A stretch of 64,000 nt of DNA from Clostridia bacterium. GTDB lineage: Bacteria > Bacillota > Clostridia > Oscillospirales > CAG-272. Shown here in pieces: positions 60,840 through 64,000 of the stretch. The number at the start of each line of letters is the position of its first letter. Position 1 is the stretch's first letter. The stretch covers positions 71,272 through 135,271 of the forward strand of contig JAFUIQ010000032.1 in NCBI GenBank assembly GCA_017468385.1, in the 5' to 3' direction. The position numbers and the translations under genes were made by a program. Below the pieces are notes generated by a model that was given only the letters and a program-made list of their open reading frames with translations, did not search any database and had not been told where the DNA came from.

Positions 60840-62243
60840 TCACATTCTCCCCAACTCCGCCTTCACTTCCTTGATCTTCTCCGCCAATTTCGCCTCGCAT
60901 TCCGCCTCCGTCGCGCCGTACACATTATAACTCACACGCTTGCCATCCACTCTCGGCGTGTACCGACCCTGCCAGCAGTTCGCGGAGAGCTGCTTCACAT
61001 AGCCGGTGCCGCGCTTGCGATACTTGCCTTCGGTCGGCACGAATGCGGGCGCTTCTTCGCTCGGTTTATCGGCGGTGTCGGTTGGTTCTTCCTCCGCCGC
61101 TTCCACACCGGCGATCGCGCGGTCGATTTTCTGCGCCGCTGCTGCCTGCATCTCTGCCGTGCTGTGTGTGTAGGTGTTGATCGTAGTCGCCACCGTATTG
61201 TGCCCGAGAATCTCCGCGAGAGTCTTGATGTCGATCCCGTTCTCCAATGCCATCGTCGCGAAGGTGTGCCGCAGATCGTGGAAGCGGACGTGCTTGCATC
61301 CGGCGCGCTCGAGGATATCCGACAGCCGCTTTCGGACGGAGGACGGTTCCCGCGGATTGTCCGGATTCACCGGCGACGGAAAGATCCACTTGCCGCTTGA
61401 CGACTTTTTGTATTCCGCCAGCACATACAGCGTGAAATCCGACAGCGGAACCGGCCGCGCCGAGCGTTTCGTCTTCGGTGTATTGACGGCAAGCTTGCCG
61501 TCCACCCGATTCACCTGCCGCCTGACGTGGAGGTTCTTTTTCCTGAAGTCCACGTCATCCCACTGCAGTCCGAGCAATTCCCCTCGCCGCAGACCCGTAG
61601 AGAGGTCGAGGAAGAACAGCTCGAACAGTCCCTCTGCCTTCGCCTGAACCAGCATCCGATGCATCTCCTCATGCGTCAGCACCTTCACCTCCCCGTGGTG
61701 TTTCGGCGGCAGTTTACAGTCGCTTGCGGGATTGCTGACGATCAGTCCTTCCTCCACCGCTTTGTTCAGTGCCGCGTTGCAGTGTGCGTGGATGGCGCGG
61801 ATGTGCGCATCGGACAGCGAAGTCCCGTTTGTTTCCCGTCGGATCAGCCGTCCGTCCGTTTTCAGATGTGCGTAGAACGCCTGCAGATCGTTGGTTTTCA
61901 GTTCCGCCAGCGGAATGTGTCCGACGTTCGGGATGATCTGCTGGTAAATGCGGTAGCCGTAGGTCTGCTTCGTGGTATCCTTCAGCTGCGGGGAGCAGAA
62001 TTCGCGGAACCAGAAGTCGATCCATTCGCCGAAGGTCATGTTCTTGCCGTACTTCGGCTTTTCTTCAATTTCAAGGCTTTCCTTCAGCGCTTTCAGCTTC
62101 TTCAGACATTCGCCTTTGGTCTTGGCAAGCACGTTTTTCGTCTTCGGAAGTCCTTTTTCATCGTAGCCGATGACAACTCTGCCTTCCCAGCGGCCGTCCT
62201 TGCGGTGACTTACGCCTCCCGTGCCGTTTTTTCTTCTGCCCAT
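60840..62243 (-). CDS. Tyrosine-type site-specific integrase (Int3) with N-terminal AP2/arm-type domain and a second arm-type module at the C-terminus
   Basis: N-terminal GTGGVSHRKDGRWEGRVVIGY. Catalytic R (TGLRRGEL), HDLRHTFAT and Y (INTYTH). The C-terminal tail is GTGYVKQLSANCWQGRYTPRVDGK. AGGAGG RBS. Confidence 0.9.
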   Translation of the reverse strand: MGRRKNGTGGVSHRKDGRWEGRVVIGYDEKGLPKTKNVLAKTKGECLKKLKALKESLEIEEKPKYGKNMTFGEWIDFWFREFCSPQLKDTTKQTYGYRIYQQIIPNVGHIPLAELKTNDLQAFYAHLKTDGRLIRRETNGTSLSDAHIRAIHAHCNAALNKAVEEGLIVSNPASDCKLPPKHHGEVKVLTHEEMHRMLVQAKAEGLFELFFLDLSTGLRRGELLGLQWDDVDFRKKNLHVRRQVNRVDGKLAVNTPKTKRSARPVPLSDFTLYVLAEYKKSSSGKWIFPSPVNPDNPREPSSVRKRLSDILERAGCKHVRFHDLRHTFATMALENGIDIKTLAEILGHNTVATTINTYTHSTAEMQAAAAQKIDRAIAGVEAAEEEPTDTADKPSEEAPAFVPTEGKYRKRGTGYVKQLSANCWQGRYTPRVDGKRVSYNVYGATEAECEAKLAEKIKEVKAELGRM

Positions 62244-63394
62244 CCGTCCACCTCCTTGCCGATTATTTTATCAAGGAAGCTGCCCATCGTCGCCGCCGCG
62301 CTCTCCTGCATCTCGGTTGTGACGTGGGTATAGCGGTCGAGGGAGAAGCTTGCCTTGGTGTGCCCGAGCAGATGCGACAGGCTTTTCGGATCGACTCCGC
62401 CGGCGATCGCCTGGGTGGCGAAGGTGTGGCGCAGATCGTGAAAGCGGATGTTCGGGAGTCCGCACTTCTTCAGAATCTTCTTCAGCCGGTTGTACGCCGC
62501 GCTTCCGAGGACCGCTTTCTCCGGCTTCAGGGGATTCGGGAAGATCCATTCGGTCAGCGCCGTTTTCTTTCGCTCCCGTAGCATTTCGGCGGCGCTCTCC
62601 GGCAGTTTTATGCTGCGCATACCGCTGTAGGTCTTTGTCTCACCGGTCGTTCCGTCGCTGTGCAGTGTCCGGGAGACCGCAAGCTTGCCCGCCTCCGCAT
62701 CGAAGTCACTCCACTTCAGCGCGCAGATCTCGCCCTCGCGAAGTCCCGTCATCAGCTCGAGGTAGAAGAAGTCGCACCAGATTTCGTCCTGCTTGATCGC
62801 TTCTATGAAGGTCTGGATCTGTTCCTCGCTCAGAATCTGCATTTCCTTCTCCGCGGCTTTCGGGATCGTTGTGCCTTCCGCGGGGTTCTTCAGGATCATG
62901 TGCTCACGCATGGCGTAGTCCATCGCTTCGTGGAGCATCATGTGGATGCTTCGCACCATGCTGTCGGAAAGCTGATGTCCCATCGTCGGATGATTGCGTA
63001 CGCGACCGCTTTCCTTCAGCTTGTTGTACATCTTCTGCACGTCGGCGGTGGTGACCGATGCCACCTGCTTGTGACCGAGGTGCGGTTTTATATATTCGAT
63101 ATATTTGCGGTAGCCCTGCTTCGTGCTCTCGCGGATGCTGAACGCCATGTGCTCCTCGAGCCACTTGTCCAGCCATTCGCCGAGGGTCATGCGGTAATCC
63201 TCACACAGCTCAGCTCCTTTGAGGCTTTCTTTGTACTCGTCCATCCGCGCGAGCACTTCCTTTTGCGATTTGTTGAGGAAGCATTTGTACAGTGGCAATC
63301 CGTTTTTCTTTGTACCGACCACAAGTCTGCCTTCCCAGCGACCGTCCTCTCGCTTTCGCAGTGTACCGTCGCCGCTTGCTCTGCGTTTTGGCAT
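62210..63394 (-). CDS. Tyrosine-type site-specific integrase (Int4)
   Basis: N-terminal GDGTLRKREDGRWEGRLVVG. Catalytic R (TGLREGEI), HDLRHTFAT and Y (LDRYTH). The 3' end overlaps the Int3 start by 34 nt. Confidence 0.9.
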   Translation of the reverse strand: MPKRRASGDGTLRKREDGRWEGRLVVGTKKNGLPLYKCFLNKSQKEVLARMDEYKESLKGAELCEDYRMTLGEWLDKWLEEHMAFSIRESTKQGYRKYIEYIKPHLGHKQVASVTTADVQKMYNKLKESGRVRNHPTMGHQLSDSMVRSIHMMLHEAMDYAMREHMILKNPAEGTTIPKAAEKEMQILSEEQIQTFIEAIKQDEIWCDFFYLELMTGLREGEICALKWSDFDAEAGKLAVSRTLHSDGTTGETKTYSGMRSIKLPESAAEMLRERKKTALTEWIFPNPLKPEKAVLGSAAYNRLKKILKKCGLPNIRFHDLRHTFATQAIAGGVDPKSLSHLLGHTKASFSLDRYTHVTTEMQESAAATMGSFLDKIIGKEVDGWAEEKTAREA

Positions 63395-63727
63395 AAAATC
63401 ACGCTCCTTTCAGTACAACACAATACCACACCTTGCCGAGTATATCCAGGCAGAATCGCAGTGTTATCAAAAAAGTTGCAATCAAACCAACCCAAATCGC
63501 GGCTATCAAAGAGCAATCTTTGCCCCAAAACAGCAATCAGGTATTATAGCGGAATCATCTCTCAAAAGCTCTGATTTTCGCCGTTTATCTCTGCAATCCG
63601 CTGTTGCGGAGTGCTGTGTATGGGATGATGGCTATCAGACATTTAACCCGCTTCGAAATAAGTTCCGCGTCATTCCGTCCCAAGCAATCCCACAAAACCT
63701 CTTTTCTTTGACTATGCGGCGCAGTTT

Positions 63728-64000
63728 TTAACCTTTTGACTTCTCCCGTTTCTTATCGAATTTCGCACGCTTCTTAAAGAGATTCGCCCGTGCCTGTTCC
63801 TGCACCAGCCGCTTCATTTGCTTTGCATCGAAATACTCCTCCGCGATGTTCAGCGGCAGAATCGTGTACTCCAGCGTTCCGTTGTGCACATGACCGTCTT
63901 TCGTCTGCACCGTCGTGTACTGCGTTTCGATCAGCCGCTTCTCTTCAAGCCCATCCACATATTTTTTCACGGTGTTCTTGCTCATGCCGACCGCTTTTCC
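63728..64000 (-). CDS. Partial HTH-type DNA-binding protein (5' end outside the window)
   Basis: The reading frame is open to the window edge. The winged-helix-like segment is MSKNTVKKYVDGLEEKRLIE and the tail is basic. Confidence 0.5.
   Translation of the reverse strand, partial: GKAVGMSKNTVKKYVDGLEEKRLIETQYTTVQTKDGHVHNGTLEYTILPLNIAEEYFDAKQMKRLVQEQARANLFKKRAKFDKKREKSKG

Noticed and set aside
60840-63394. Tandem integrases as an assembly duplication artefact.
   Set aside because: The two proteins differ in length and in most residues, with only motif-level and patchy nucleotide similarity. They overlap in a way typical of real coupled genes.

Overview
This 64-kb window comes from a high-GC chromosome (about 55-60% G+C, estimated by eye from sampled lines). 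It looks like a Firmicutes/Clostridia genome. That call rests on gene order (nusB-xseA-xseB-ispA-tlyA-nadK-argR-recN and whiA-rapZ-murB) and GGAGG-type ribosome-binding sites, so any finer taxonomic placement would be inference only. All domain calls come from motifs read by eye in the supplied translations, because no HMM or BLAST search could be run.

Positions 1-28.8 kb are ordinary core genome. They carry trkAH, rubrerythrin, lexA, GTP-PEPCK, PBP1A, dnaE, whiA, rapZ, murB, tyrS, recN, argR, nadK, tlyA, ispA, xseAB and nusB, plus a few envelope proteins.

At 28.8 kb a tRNA-Pro(GGG) gene is the target of an integrative island of about 26.7 kb (28835-55535). The island is bounded by a 45-bp perfect direct repeat of the tRNA 3' part, which extends to 56 bp with one mismatch. 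It carries two tyrosine integrases, an Xis-like protein, a RepA/AAA_25-like ATPase next to an iteron-rich non-coding stretch, and GTGCATA arm-type repeats at both ends.

The island also contains a conspicuously AT-rich cassette (about 33% G+C, roughly 37.4-48.8 kb) with two operons:
- A four-gene operon encodes a membrane-anchored STAND/NACHT-like NTPase, two small unknown proteins, and a radical-SAM/SPASM-like enzyme with a non-canonical Cys motif. This is my best candidate for an undescribed system.
- A five-gene operon is built around a 1355-aa T5orf172(GIY-YIG-like)-SF2 helicase-N6-adenine methyltransferase fusion. It also includes a T5orf172-PUA-like protein.

The remaining island cargo is a Fic protein, a DUF3990/HTH pair, a vWA protein, an ArsC/Spx-like protein, a macro-HTH protein and an AAA/DUF4143 ATPase.

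To the right of attR lies a second accessory block. It holds a CBASS-like operon (HNH-SAVED Cap5 plus a SMODS nucleotidyltransferase plus two extra small genes), a rhodanese lipoprotein, a second Fic paralog, and two overlapping tandem tyrosine integrases. This block runs off the window edge.

I recognised no rRNA, CRISPR array, transposase, or phage structural or conjugation genes.
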